Shown: positions 1 through 8,993, numbered from the stretch's first letter. The stretch is 64,000 bases of DNA from Candidatus Moranbacteria bacterium GW2011_GWE2_35_2- (GCA_000990585.1 LBQD01000003.1:15504-79503); one strand, 5' to 3'. A program made the numbers and translations. Notes: generated by a model not told the origin, from the letters alone.

Positions 1-1722
1 GACAGCGACGGCAATTCATCCATTGACGCCATTGCCTTTATTTCCGCCCGAGCAAGCTCAACATCTTTCACTGTCCAAGCCCGCGACGGAGCAAATCCGG
101 TCGCCGTTACCAACGACCAGGACTGGCAAATCTTCCGCGCTTACACCACGCTGGACAACGCCGAAGGCGGAGCGGAAAACACCGCCAACATTGACGACGA
201 TGTGGATGATTTTGACATCTCCGTCAGCCGAAATGACGGAAAAGATATTTACGCCAGCAACGAACAATGGAACATCGCGGCGTATGCGAATGGAACAACG
301 GCGGATACGAACGCGGTGACGATTGATAGTTGGACAACTTATCCGACTAATTATATCAAAATTTATACTCCGGTTTCGAGTTCTGAAGTTGGGACTAGCC
401 AGAGGCATAACGGGGTTTGGGACGATGGGAAGTATAAAATGGAAATTACCGGGAATTCTTCAGCAATAAATGCGGTATCTGGAAATGTTTGGGTTGACGG
501 TCTTCAGATAAAAAGAATGACATCATCATCGTTTGGAACTATTTATGGTATAACTAATTCTGGTGTTTTTAAAGTAAATAATAATATTATTAATCTTATT
601 GATAATTATACTAATACAACCAGGGCTATAAATAATGGCGCAAGCAATTTAAATTCTTATTATTGGAATAATATAATTTATGGAACTAATTTGGACTATG
701 GATATTATCAAGCATCTGCCTATGGATATTTATATAATAATTCCGTTATAGATGCGAATAATGGTTATTACAGTTCATTTTCCAATAAAATGACAGTAAA
801 AAATAATATTGCACAAGGAGGAGCCGACGGATTTTTCGCATCAAGCAGTTTATTTGGAGCAGGATCAGACTATAACGTATCTGATTTTGCCAACGACGCG
901 CCGTCGCCTTCGTATCGCACAAATCTGGCAACCGATGTCTCCTTTGTTGACGAAACTAATGAAGATTTTCATTTATCGTCATCTGATACTTTCGCCTGCG
1001 ATGCCGGGGTGAATTTGTGGGATGATTCTGCTTTGCCGATTCGAGAGGATATTGATGGTGATCCTCGATCGGAGCAAGGCGGATGGGACATCGGGGCGGA
1101 TGAGTTGATTACGTATCAAAGTAATGTTTCGGGACTCGGAACAGCGACAATGCAGATGTCACTCACGGAAAAAATGACAGATGGACTGGTGGGAATGTGG
1201 AGCTTTGACGGTCCCGATATATCGGGAACCACTGCCTACGATCGAAGCCCCGCCGGAGGAAACGACGGAACCATTACCGGAGCCACCCCCGCCATCGGTA
1301 AAAGAGGACAAGCACTTTCATTTAATGGAACGACGGATTTTGTGGATGCGGGAGATGTTGGCGCAGGAATACAAACTATTTCTTTTTGGATGAAAACTGA
1401 TGATGCGACTGACATAAAAATTTTGAATATAGACGGAACGGATCAAATTGAAATTGATGGAACGGGTAATATTTTGGCGACTAGCTTTCCATCTGCCACA
1501 ATTTATGTTGACGGCTCGGTTTCCGCGGCGGTCGACACTTCTTGGCATTTTGTAACCATCACTGATTCAACAGGCGTGAGTGCTTCCACTTTTCAAATCG
1601 GACAAGTTGCATCATCTTTCTTTGATGGAATAATTGATGAAGTTCGCATTTACAATCGAGTATTGAGTGTAGATGAAATTGGTAGATTGTATGATTTGGG
1701 GAATGTGGAATATGTGAGATGA
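1..1722 (+). CDS. Surface protein, 5'-partial: right-handed parallel beta-helix module followed by a LamG-like (concanavalin A-like lectin) jellyroll domain
   Basis: Frame 1 is open from base 1; the track ORF at 202 is an internal Met. The translation DSDGNSSIDAIAFISARASSTSFTVQARDG... duplicates module D of the 2390-7606 protein. It has NN-rich beta-helix rungs (YGYLYNNSVIDANNGYY) and FVDETNEDFHLSSSDT ... WDIGADE. The C-terminal half, LVGMWSFDGPDISGTTAYDRSPAGGNDGTITG...ALSFNGTTDFVDAGD...IDEVRIYNRVLSVDEI, is a classic LamG_3 signature. Confidence 0.8.
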   Translation, partial: DSDGNSSIDAIAFISARASSTSFTVQARDGANPVAVTNDQDWQIFRAYTTLDNAEGGAENTANIDDDVDDFDISVSRNDGKDIYASNEQWNIAAYANGTTADTNAVTIDSWTTYPTNYIKIYTPVSSSEVGTSQRHNGVWDDGKYKMEITGNSSAINAVSGNVWVDGLQIKRMTSSSFGTIYGITNSGVFKVNNNIINLIDNYTNTTRAINNGASNLNSYYWNNIIYGTNLDYGYYQASAYGYLYNNSVIDANNGYYSSFSNKMTVKNNIAQGGADGFFASSSLFGAGSDYNVSDFANDAPSPSYRTNLATDVSFVDETNEDFHLSSSDTFACDAGVNLWDDSALPIREDIDGDPRSEQGGWDIGADELITYQSNVSGLGTATMQMSLTEKMTDGLVGMWSFDGPDISGTTAYDRSPAGGNDGTITGATPAIGKRGQALSFNGTTDFVDAGDVGAGIQTISFWMKTDDATDIKILNIDGTDQIEIDGTGNILATSFPSATIYVDGSVSAAVDTSWHFVTITDSTGVSASTFQIGQVASSFFDGIIDEVRIYNRVLSVDEIGRLYDLGNVEYVR

Positions 1723-1978
1723 ATTTTAAATTGCACAAATTTTAAATTTTCAAACAATTCCGATAGGGTTGTGTGAATACGAGGGATTTAGGAGTTGTGA
1801 TGAGCGGGTGGGGAGAGTAGCTCAAATGACAAATTTCTAATTTCCAATGACAAATCAAAATAACAAAAAAAGATTTTTTATCAATGAGGGAGATGTGGTA
1901 AAATGGAGGAGTGGTGAGGTTTGGAGAGTAATATAAATTTTCAATTTCTAATTTTCAATTTTCAAACAATTTTAAATT

Positions 1979-2353
1979 TTGGAATTTATGAATTATAATC
2001 TGGAAGAAAGAACTAGGATTTTTAGCAAAGAAATAATTAGATTTTTGGTGAAAATAAAAAAGAATAGGATTAATGAAAACATCATTTCTCAATTAATAAG
2101 ATCCGCAACTAGCGTGGGTGCTAATTATTGCGAAGCCAACGGAGCCAGTTCAAAGAAAGATTTTAGCAATAAAATATTTATATGTCGCAAAGAAATACAA
2201 GAAACAAAATACTGGGTTGAACTCTTAGCCGAAGCCAGTCCGGAAGAAAAAGATAATTTGAAAAAACTTTGGAAAGAAGCTCATGAGTTGACATTAATTT
2301 TCAATAAAATTTCTAAAACATTAAAAGAAAAAAATTTGAAATTAAAAAATTAA
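1979..2353 (+). CDS. Four-helix-bundle protein of the 23S rRNA intervening-sequence (IVS) family
   Basis: QLIRSATSVGANYCEANGASSKKDFSNKIFICRKEIQETKYWVELL matches the conserved core of the IVS-encoded four-helix-bundle family (SxGANxAEA ... KDF ... KEakETkYWLeLL). The gene is flanked by inverted AT-rich repeats (1941-1978 and 2366-2393). Confidence 0.75.
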   Translation: MEFMNYNLEERTRIFSKEIIRFLVKIKKNRINENIISQLIRSATSVGANYCEANGASSKKDFSNKIFICRKEIQETKYWVELLAEASPEEKDNLKKLWKEAHELTLIFNKISKTLKEKNLKLKN

Positions 2354-2389
2354 ATCATTGAAAATTGTTTAGAAATTTAAAATTGAAAA

Positions 2390-5300
2390 TTGAAAATTAA
2401 AAACGCAATGCCAAAACTAAAACTTACAATATTATTCCTAGCCTTCATATTTCTTCCGACCATCGCTCATGGGGCGACTGAATTTATCTCCGTCATCGAT
2501 CCTGACAATGGTTCTGGAACAGATTACACTTCTCTTTCTGCTTGGGAAGCGGCGAATCAAGTTGATTTAACTGCGGCGACTACTTTGGTGATTGCCGGAA
2601 GTTTGACGCGTGGAACGATTGCTGATGGGACTCCGATAACCCAGACCACCTCGGGAGCCACGGCGGTTTGCGTCCATCACACTGAAACGCAAATGCTCAT
2701 CTCTACTCTTAGTGGAACTCCCAATGCCACCGACACTTGGTTTCCGACCGTTGATGGAAGCGACGCAACCAATGCTTGGACTCCGACCGATGCCGGCGAC
2801 AGTGCTATTGCGATTGCCAAATGCCGATCTACTTCTGGAACTGCCGACACAACTGCCGTTACCGTTGACGGTTGGACAACTTCCGCCGACAATTACATCA
2901 AAATCTGGACCGACCCAAGCGAGAATTATCGGCATCAGGGGAAGTGGGATGAGGGGAAGTATCGGCTGGAAGTTCCTCAGATATCCGGCGGAGGTAGTGG
3001 AATTAGAATTTTGGAAGAATATGTTTGGATTGATGGTTTACAAATCAAAAGAGTTATAACAACCGAGGCGGGGCAAGCCTGTGTCGCCGTAGGTGGGGCT
3101 TCTGGTGAAATTAAAATTTCTAATAATGTGTGTGAAATCAAAAATAACACTACATATTATGAATATGGTATTTATAAATATACACTATCTTCATCGGCAA
3201 CTTATAAAATTTGGAACAATGTAATATACGGAGTTGTAGATACTGACAATAATTCTGGAAGCGGAATGTATTTGGCAGCTGTAAGTCCTGTAGCAGAGAA
3301 TACTTATGTATATAACAATACAGTGGTTGGCTCATATTATGGAATTGCAAAAAGTGGTGGTACATGTATTTCCAAAAACAATATCGCCTACAACAACACC
3401 ATCGACTATTCCGGTACATTTGATTCATCCTCAACCAACAATCTTTCTAAAGACGCAACCGCTCCGCCATATAATACATATTATACCAACACCAGCGTTA
3501 TTTTCGCCGACGAAACCAATCAAGACTTTCATCTTGATTCCGCCGATACCGCCGCTCGCAATCAAGGCGCGATTCTTTACGACTCCGGCGATGATGCCAA
3601 TTTGAATTTTACAACCGACATCGACAACAATGCCCGCTTGGATAGCGCGGGGACTTGGGATATTGGGGCGGATGAGGGGATTACGAAAGTTTACCGCAGT
3701 GTCGGACCATCTGCCACGGCCGCCATCGCTACCGGTGCGACCTATGGCAATGTGGAAGTGAAGCCGGTGTATGTTTCCGGCTCAACCACTAACATCGCAG
3801 ATTATGTGGCGACTTTTTGGTCTGATTTGCCGATTAATGTCGGAGTAGGCGACGCTTTGCAATATGACGATGACGACGACGGAGATATTGACGCGTCCGA
3901 TTCTATTGTTTTTATCACCAAAAGAATTGATGCCTCGCATTTCAGCGTCCGCACCGCCAGCGGAACCGCGCCCGCCAGCACTCTTGCGCCGGATTCGAAT
4001 TGGTCAATTTTTCGCTCATACACTTCGCTTTTCAATGCCGAAGCCGGAGATGAGAATGATTCCATTGATGACGATTTGGAAGCGTTTGAAAGCTGGAGCG
4101 GAGGAAAAGATCTGCAAACAAGCCAGGAGCAATGGAATATCGCGGCGTATGCCGGACAAGGTGGCGTGGCAGATACGGTGGCGGTGGCTATTGATGGTTG
4201 GACGACGACAGCGGATTCATATATCAAAGTTTATACTCCGACTAGGAGCGATGAGGTTGGGGTGAGCCAGCGGCATAGTGGAGTATGGGATGCGACAAAA
4301 TACAATTTGTCGACGGGGACGGGAGTAGCTTCGGTGGATCTGAGGGAGAATTATACGGTTTTTGACGGTTTACAGATAACAAATTCCGGCACCGCCTCAA
4401 CGGATAATGATATTCTTGTTGCGGGATATATTAGCTTTACGAATGTGAAAAATTCCATCATTAAGGGTGGATATAATGGAATATATCATAGTGTGAGCAA
4501 TATTATTTATGGTGGAAATAAATTTTACGGAAATATTATTTATGAGACATATTATTCCGGGATAAGGATATATTTATCAGGCGCCACCCCATTGTCTTCG
4601 TATGTATATAATAATACCGTGTACAATTGCAATGCCAGTAATACAGCATGGAGAGGCGGAATAGAAACATTGAATGCTGATGTTGTCAAAAACAATATCT
4701 CAATGGAAAATGGAAATTTGGATTTTGTGAATGCCAATGGTCAATCCTACAACATATCCTCCGATGCAACTGCTGTCGGTACCGGAAGCCTTGCTAGTCA
4801 AACTCTTTCTAATATCGCTTTTGTTTCCACCACAAGCGGTATTGGCACCGACCTTTCCAACGACCCATACATACCATTCAATACCGACATTGATTCCGCT
4901 TGCTTGCGAAAAGATAAGCAATCAAGAGTATCCAATGGCGGGGATGATTCTTGCTACACAAGACCCAAAGGAACAAACTGGGATATCGGTGCGCATGAGC
5001 TTATTACGAAAATTTACCGAAGCGTCGCGCCGGATGCGGACGGGACTTTGGAAGCGCTCACCACCGGTGCAAGCAACGCAATGACTATCGCCAGCTCAAC
5101 CGCCACTTTCGCCACTGCTTTGGCGGACAACATCGGCGTGGGCGACGCTATTCAATATGACGCTGACGGCGACGGAGATATTGATGCGTCCGATTCCATC
5201 GTTTTCATTTCCGGCCGAACGGACAGCACCCACTTCACCGTCAAAACCGCCAGCGGAACCGTTCCAACCGCCGTTTCCGCCGACACGGATTGGAGCCTTT

Positions 5301-7606
5301 TTCGCGCCTACACCAGCCTTGCCAACGCCGAAACCGGAACGGAAAATTTGGCAATTGACGCGGATTTGCGGAATTTTGACACTGGCAACCGCGACCTTGC
5401 TTCAAACAGCGAGCAATGGAATATTGCGTGCTATGCTAATGGGACGACGGCGGATACGGTTGAGGTGACGATTAGCGGCTGGACAACTGCGGCGCAGAAT
5501 TATATCAAAATTTATACTCCGTATTTATCGATTGAAGTCGGAACGAGCCAGAGGCATCAAGGGGTTTGGGATGAAGAGAAGTACATCCATTTAAATGAAA
5601 TCAATAGCACGGCTGTTTCTAATACACGGATTGACGGTTTACAGATATATAGATCCGGTGATGACGGGGGTTATTACGTGCGTGGAATAAATTCCGGTCC
5701 GAAAGCGGAGATTAGTAATAATATTATTAAAGCCAACTTAACCGGTTCTCAGGTTCATATCGGTATTTCTGAAGGGTATGCCGGCGTGAATAAAATATTT
5801 AATAATATTATTTATGATTTTAATGGTAATGCTGGAAATGAGTATGGAATTTATATTACCGGTGGAACGAATTATGTATATAATAATACAATATATAACT
5901 GTGAATATGGTATAAGTCAACAATATAGTGGTACGATTTTAGTAGCTAAAAATAATATTATAAAAGGTTCTGGTAATGTCAATGCTTATGTTGGAACTTT
6001 TACTAATTCTGATTACAACGCCACGGATGGAACAGATGTGGGTGATGGAGGAGTGCATAGCAAGATTTCCCAAACATTTTCTTTTGTTGATGAAGCCAAT
6101 GATGATTTCCATCTCTCCCCATCCGACACCGCTGCCCGCAACTCCGGCGCGGATCTTTCTCAGGATTATAATTTGCCGATTATATCCGATATTGACGGAC
6201 ATACACGACCCGCCTCCGCCATAGGCTCTGGCGTGGCGATGGACATCGGCGCCGATGAATCCGCCACTCCGATTTACCGCTCCATCGCTCCCAGTATGTC
6301 AACTTATCTTGACCGCGGAGTGGATGAATCTGGAACCGACCTTTCCATCTCCGGCACGACAATGACTTTGGAAAACGCCGCTCCGGACAACGTGGGCGTG
6401 GGCGACGTTATCCAATATGACAGCGACGGCAATTCATCCATTGATGCCATTGCTTTTATTTCCGCCCGAGCAAGCTCAACATCTTTCACTGTTCAAGCCC
6501 GCGACGGCTCACAACCGGTTGCCGTGACCAACGATCAGGATTGGCAAATCTTCCGCGCCTACACCACGCTGGACAACGCCGAAGGCGGAGCGGAAAACAC
6601 CGCCAACATCGACGACGATGTGGACGATTTTGACATCTCAGTCAGCCGAGCCGACGGCAAAGATATCTACGCCAGCAACGAACAATGGAACATCGCGGCG
6701 TATGCGAATGGAACAACGGCGGATACAGCGGCGGTGACGATTAGCGGTTGGACAACTTATCCGACGAATTATATCAAAATTTATACTCCGGTTTCAGCGA
6801 GTGAAGTCGGGGTGAGTCAGAGGCATGAGGGGAAGTGGGATGATGGGAAGTATAATATGGTAGTAAATAATAATACGGCTTTTACAAATCAAGAAGATTT
6901 CTTCAGAGTTGATGGATTGCAAGTGGAGGTAATAAATCCTTCAGCTAACAGTCAGAATTGTTTGAACTTTACAGGACTAACAACAGGAGGAAAAATATAT
7001 GTCAGCAATAATATTCTGCGAGGTCATTCATCCGAAACTTATAATCAAAGAGGAATTTTTTATTATAGTACTATGCAAAGTGTAGATTTTTATATTTATA
7101 ATAATATCGTATATGATTTCTTGAATAATTCATCAAGTTATGGTTTTTATTTAGGAGGAACTATTAGTAATTGGTATGTATATAATAATACAGTCTATAA
7201 TTGTTATTATGGCCTTCTTGCTTTAGCAGGGGCGGATCCTTACTATTTTAATAATATTGTTCAAAATTGTACGGATGGATTCGGTTCTACGAGAGATGCT
7301 TCTTCTGATTTCAATATTTCCAATACATCTCAAGCAGACGCTGATTCAGTTAATGCCACCTTCAACGGATATAAAACAGTTTCCTTTATTGATGAATTTA
7401 ATGACAATTTCCACCTTGCTTCATATGATACGGCGGCGAAGGGGAATGGGGTGGATTTGTCGGGCGACAGCTACCTACCGTTTTCAACTGACGTCGACGG
7501 AGACACTCGCGTTCGTTGGGACATCGGCGCCGATGAATTCGGAGCGACCCAATCAATAAAATTCCGCGGAGATGTGAAAACGAGAGGGGATGTGAAGATA
7601 CGGTGA
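2390..7606 (+). CDS. Giant secreted surface protein (1738 aa) made of four tandem ~430-aa right-handed beta-helix (pectate-lyase-like/PbH1) modules
   Basis: Signal peptide MKIKNAMPKLKLTILFLAFIFLPTIAHG. There are four repeats of [WNIAAYA..ADT.AVTI.GWTT...NYIKIYTP...SQRH.G.WD..KY — NN-rich beta-helix rungs YVYNNT.YNC — DFHL.S.DTAA.N.G — WDIGA.E — IYRS.AP]. The DFHL...DIGAxE ending is typical of Beta_helix (PF13229-type) domains. Confidence 0.85.
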   Translation: MKIKNAMPKLKLTILFLAFIFLPTIAHGATEFISVIDPDNGSGTDYTSLSAWEAANQVDLTAATTLVIAGSLTRGTIADGTPITQTTSGATAVCVHHTETQMLISTLSGTPNATDTWFPTVDGSDATNAWTPTDAGDSAIAIAKCRSTSGTADTTAVTVDGWTTSADNYIKIWTDPSENYRHQGKWDEGKYRLEVPQISGGGSGIRILEEYVWIDGLQIKRVITTEAGQACVAVGGASGEIKISNNVCEIKNNTTYYEYGIYKYTLSSSATYKIWNNVIYGVVDTDNNSGSGMYLAAVSPVAENTYVYNNTVVGSYYGIAKSGGTCISKNNIAYNNTIDYSGTFDSSSTNNLSKDATAPPYNTYYTNTSVIFADETNQDFHLDSADTAARNQGAILYDSGDDANLNFTTDIDNNARLDSAGTWDIGADEGITKVYRSVGPSATAAIATGATYGNVEVKPVYVSGSTTNIADYVATFWSDLPINVGVGDALQYDDDDDGDIDASDSIVFITKRIDASHFSVRTASGTAPASTLAPDSNWSIFRSYTSLFNAEAGDENDSIDDDLEAFESWSGGKDLQTSQEQWNIAAYAGQGGVADTVAVAIDGWTTTADSYIKVYTPTRSDEVGVSQRHSGVWDATKYNLSTGTGVASVDLRENYTVFDGLQITNSGTASTDNDILVAGYISFTNVKNSIIKGGYNGIYHSVSNIIYGGNKFYGNIIYETYYSGIRIYLSGATPLSSYVYNNTVYNCNASNTAWRGGIETLNADVVKNNISMENGNLDFVNANGQSYNISSDATAVGTGSLASQTLSNIAFVSTTSGIGTDLSNDPYIPFNTDIDSACLRKDKQSRVSNGGDDSCYTRPKGTNWDIGAHELITKIYRSVAPDADGTLEALTTGASNAMTIASSTATFATALADNIGVGDAIQYDADGDGDIDASDSIVFISGRTDSTHFTVKTASGTVPTAVSADTDWSLFRAYTSLANAETGTENLAIDADLRNFDTGNRDLASNSEQWNIACYANGTTADTVEVTISGWTTAAQNYIKIYTPYLSIEVGTSQRHQGVWDEEKYIHLNEINSTAVSNTRIDGLQIYRSGDDGGYYVRGINSGPKAEISNNIIKANLTGSQVHIGISEGYAGVNKIFNNIIYDFNGNAGNEYGIYITGGTNYVYNNTIYNCEYGISQQYSGTILVAKNNIIKGSGNVNAYVGTFTNSDYNATDGTDVGDGGVHSKISQTFSFVDEANDDFHLSPSDTAARNSGADLSQDYNLPIISDIDGHTRPASAIGSGVAMDIGADESATPIYRSIAPSMSTYLDRGVDESGTDLSISGTTMTLENAAPDNVGVGDVIQYDSDGNSSIDAIAFISARASSTSFTVQARDGSQPVAVTNDQDWQIFRAYTTLDNAEGGAENTANIDDDVDDFDISVSRADGKDIYASNEQWNIAAYANGTTADTAAVTISGWTTYPTNYIKIYTPVSASEVGVSQRHEGKWDDGKYNMVVNNNTAFTNQEDFFRVDGLQVEVINPSANSQNCLNFTGLTTGGKIYVSNNILRGHSSETYNQRGIFYYSTMQSVDFYIYNNIVYDFLNNSSSYGFYLGGTISNWYVYNNTVYNCYYGLLALAGADPYYFNNIVQNCTDGFGSTRDASSDFNISNTSQADADSVNATFNGYKTVSFIDEFNDNFHLASYDTAAKGNGVDLSGDSYLPFSTDVDGDTRVRWDIGADEFGATQSIKFRGDVKTRGDVKIR

Positions 7607-7731
7607 TTAGGGTGCAGTGATTATGAGCGGATGGGGAGAGTAGTTCCAATGACAAATCAAATCAAAAATCCAAATGACGAAATATAGCAATCGGCTTGAT
7701 TTTTAGCGTATTTTATGCTAATATATTAGAT

Positions 7732-8034
7732 ATGAATAGCTTGAAGATCAAAGTTAATAAGTTGTTTTGGTTTTTAGGAAAGGGCGGGGATTTTTCCAAA
7801 GATCGACATTTGATTATCCATCAAACGCTGGCTTTGGGATCGATGCAGGACGTACAAAGACTTTTTCGGGAATACGGACAAGAGAGCATAACGCATGAAT
7901 TTCAAAAACCAGTTTCGGGTCTTTACACTCCCGCAGTGTTTCATTTTTTTGAGCATATCTTGGGTGTTGAAATAAAAAATAGCGGGCGATATATTAAAAA
8001 TATACATGGAAAAACTTCATTTAGACATTCTTGA
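7732..8034 (+). CDS. Small protein translationally coupled to the AbiEii-like nucleotidyltransferase; putative cognate antitoxin or partner
   Basis: ~100-aa ORF whose 3' end overlaps the start of the downstream NTase gene by 29 nt, an arrangement typical of toxin–antitoxin pairs. No recognisable motif. The alternative start 7696 is further upstream. Confidence 0.35.
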   Translation: MNSLKIKVNKLFWFLGKGGDFSKDRHLIIHQTLALGSMQDVQRLFREYGQESITHEFQKPVSGLYTPAVFHFFEHILGVEIKNSGRYIKNIHGKTSFRHS

Positions 8035-8653
8035 TCAAGAGAGAAAGAATATTTTCCAAAAACTTTCCGCTTTCCGATCAATCGGATATTTGTCAGGCGG
8101 AACAGCTTTGGCGTTGCAACTGGGACACCGGGTGTCATATGATTTTGATATTTTTTGCGCCAAAGAAATTCCAGCGATGTTCGCTGCTAAAGTTCAAAAA
8201 GAAATAGTTGTCCGTCAAGTGCTGGTGAATAATAGTGATGAATTTACATTTCTTACCGACCACGACATTAAAGTGTCTTTTATTTTCTATCCTTTTGATT
8301 TGAAAAAATACGTGTTTGAATTTCCAGACGTTCCTATGGAATTAATTTCCCCACTGGGTATTGCGATTACAAAGGCTTATGCGCTAAACAGGCGGAATGC
8401 TTGGCGTGATTATGTTGATTTGTATGTAATTTTGAAAAAAGAAATCACGACTCTGGAAAATATTGTCAATGCGGCTCGCATTGCGTATGGGGAATTGTTT
8501 AATGAAAAGCTTTTTTTATCGCAACTATTATACACGCAAGATATTTCAAAGGCGGAAATAGAGAATACGCAAATGCTTGAATCAGCGACGCTTTTTGAAG
8601 TTGTGTCTTTTTTTGAAAAAGAAGTCAAAGCATATTGGGAAAGAAAGCTGTAA
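8006..8653 (+). CDS. AbiEii/DUF1814-type nucleotidyltransferase (type IV TA / abortive-infection toxin family)
   Basis: GYLSGGTALALQLGHRVSYDFDIF matches the GGTAL...R.S.D.D motif of the AbiEii nucleotidyltransferase fold. Size is 215 aa. Confidence 0.6.
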   Translation: MEKLHLDILDQERKNIFQKLSAFRSIGYLSGGTALALQLGHRVSYDFDIFCAKEIPAMFAAKVQKEIVVRQVLVNNSDEFTFLTDHDIKVSFIFYPFDLKKYVFEFPDVPMELISPLGIAITKAYALNRRNAWRDYVDLYVILKKEITTLENIVNAARIAYGELFNEKLFLSQLLYTQDISKAEIENTQMLESATLFEVVSFFEKEVKAYWERKL

Positions 8654-8656
8654 TAA

Positions 8657-8757
8657 TAGCTGGCTCGGAATCGGAAATGAAACTTCCGATGTCAATTCTG
8701 ACGGAGTTGTGAATACGAGGGATTTGGGAATAATGATGAGCGGATGGGGAGAGTAGC
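8657..8757 (+). pseudogene. Orphan 3'-end fragment of a beta-helix/dockerin surface-protein gene
   Basis: ctggctcggaatcggaaatgaaacttccgatgtcaatt(c/t)(c/t)gacggagttgtgaatacgagggatttggg... is near-identical to 18703-18808 (the C-terminus of the 17319-18809 protein, ...LGIGNETSDVNSDGVVNTRDLG.MMSGW). Here it sits directly after the unrelated NTase gene. Confidence 0.8.
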
Positions 8758-8783
8758 TTATTTAAATGACAAATTTCCAATTA

Positions 8784-8925
8784 ACCCCCTCCCCTTTGAA
8801 GGGGAGGGTTGGGGAGGGGTTAGAAACTATGGATAACCAAAAATCCAAACAATTATGAAAAAACCTCAGAAACAAAGAAAGTTTCACACCTCCCCCAACC
8901 CCTCCTCCCGAGGAGGGGAGGAAAG
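8784..8925. repeat. Two GC-rich palindromic / G-quadruplex-type elements in an AT-rich intergenic region
   Basis: 8784-8821 CCCCCTCCCCtttgaaGGGGAGGGttGGGGAGGGG is a perfect hairpin and contains four G-runs (G4 A G3 TT G4 A G4). 8888-8922 cctcccccaacccctcctcccgaggaggggagg is a C-rich mirror of it, giving a G4 motif on the minus strand plus a hairpin. Confidence 0.6.
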
Positions 8926-8993
8926 CTAGTTGGAAACTATTGTGATATAATTTGTTTGTTGGATGTAAATAAAAAAATAATAGTAAAAATATT

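Noticed and set aside
2567-4265. Multiple 70–140-aa ORFs on the minus strand and in alternative frames inside the giant surface-protein gene (e.g. 2567-2935, 3802-4227, 3864-4265)
   Set aside because: They are fully embedded in a long ORF with strong domain periodicity and have low-complexity, Arg/Ser-rich translations typical of out-of-frame GC-richer coding DNA. No independent support.
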